From NCBI GenBank assembly GCA_030141605.1, contig JAQGDQ010001468.1:1-39331 (forward strand): a stretch of 39,331 nt of DNA. The letters run 5' to 3'. Each line of letters opens with the position of its first letter. Position 1 is the first letter of the stretch. The notes beneath the pieces were generated by a model. The model saw nothing but the letters and a program-made list of their open reading frames with translations, had not been told where the DNA came from and did no database searches. Of the stretch, positions 38,429-39,331 are shown one piece after another. A program made the translations under genes and the position numbers. The stretch comes from Tubiluchus corallicola. Taxonomy: Eukaryota; Animalia; Priapulida.

Positions 38429-38870
38429 CTCCAAGGGGCTCCTTGAACCCGCATGGGGGGCCTACGTGCCCCCCAAACCCCCGGCCTGTTTCAGAGTTTT
38501 TTTGCAATTTGTCATTGTCATCCCTGCAATTTTCATTGTGTATGCAAAACAGATGCATAACTCTGACATACTCATTTTTCATTATTGAAGAAAGGCTTCT
38601 GGATTTTGAGCAAAGTGTCAGTTTTTACTTAGACTCACAACATAATTTTGTTAGTTGTGTATATGCATACGTTATTTATTTACCAGGTGATATTTTTTCC
38701 ACAGATATAATACATAGATGTGTTTTGTAGTTCATGTAAAAAATCATGAAAGAACTTATGATTTAAAAATGGTTACTAATACGTTAATCTGTTAGAAGCT
38801 ACGTAAATCAGGACTGAAATCACTTATACTACATACGTGTAGTAACAGTCTTTCAAGTGAAAGGATTATA

Positions 38871-39331
38871 CATGCTGTAGCGGATAGCCCTATAGGCTGA
38901 ATAGGCTGAAGCCTAAGGCCCGGGATCAAAAGGGGCCCGGCAAAATAAAACGAAAAAAATTTTTTTGTTGTAAAAAAATTAAATTGACAAAAGAGCAAGG
39001 GGCCCGCCAAAATAAAATATAGAAAAAAGTTTTTTTTTCAAAAGTCAGTCACTATATTTCAAATCGGGTTTACACAAATCAAGTTTACACAATTTAAGTT
39101 TACACAATTCAAGTTTACACAATTTAAGTTTACACAAATCAAGTTTACACAATTTAAGTTTACACAATTCAAGTTTGCACAATTCACGTTTACACAGTTT
39201 AAGTTTAAGTTCAAAATTTCAGTTTCCGAATTTTTCTGGGCACAAAGTCAGTTATAATTTCTGAAAAGTCCATTTTTTTCAACATATCTGACTCAATATG
39301 CATCAGTGATAAATTGTTTAATTTGTCATCC
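38871..39331 (+). mobile_element. Probable hAT-type MITE left end carrying a 15-bp tandem array (about 39067-39205, about 9 copies)
   Basis: GTAGCGGATAGCCCTATAGGCTGAATAGGCTGAAGCCTAAGGCCC with AGGGGCCCG subterminal motifs, then (AAGTTTACACAATTT)n. The right end is not seen. Confidence 0.5.

Overview
AT-rich, repeat-dense animal (probably invertebrate) genomic DNA, not prokaryotic. Three protein-coding loci are supported. (1) The first coding exon of a minus-strand SLC16 monocarboxylate transporter of the MCT10/MCT8 type (11399-11768), whose later exons were not found in this window. (2) An intronless, divergent procollagen galactosyltransferase (COLGALT/GLT25D-like, 22185-23893, minus strand), split by a single 1-nt frameshift and lacking the C-terminal RDEL. 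(3) A plus-strand multi-exon gene for a charged, low-complexity, probably nuclear protein, with six phase-compatible exons from 31172 to 36066 that the ORF track mostly misses. The rest is repeats: three ~70-bp minisatellite arrays, giant microsatellites, CR1/L2-type LINE 3' ends, a bipartite RTE element with a 19-bp TSD, hAT and piggyBac MITEs, two related LTR-like sequences and a foldback-like element. The most striking structure is the ~4-kb segment holding COLGALT. It is enclosed by two inverted copies of one LINE 3' end, each carrying an ~0.8-0.9 kb (TAC)n tail pointing inward. Most short ORFs in the track are repeat artefacts. All calls were made by eye, and repeat boundaries are approximate.
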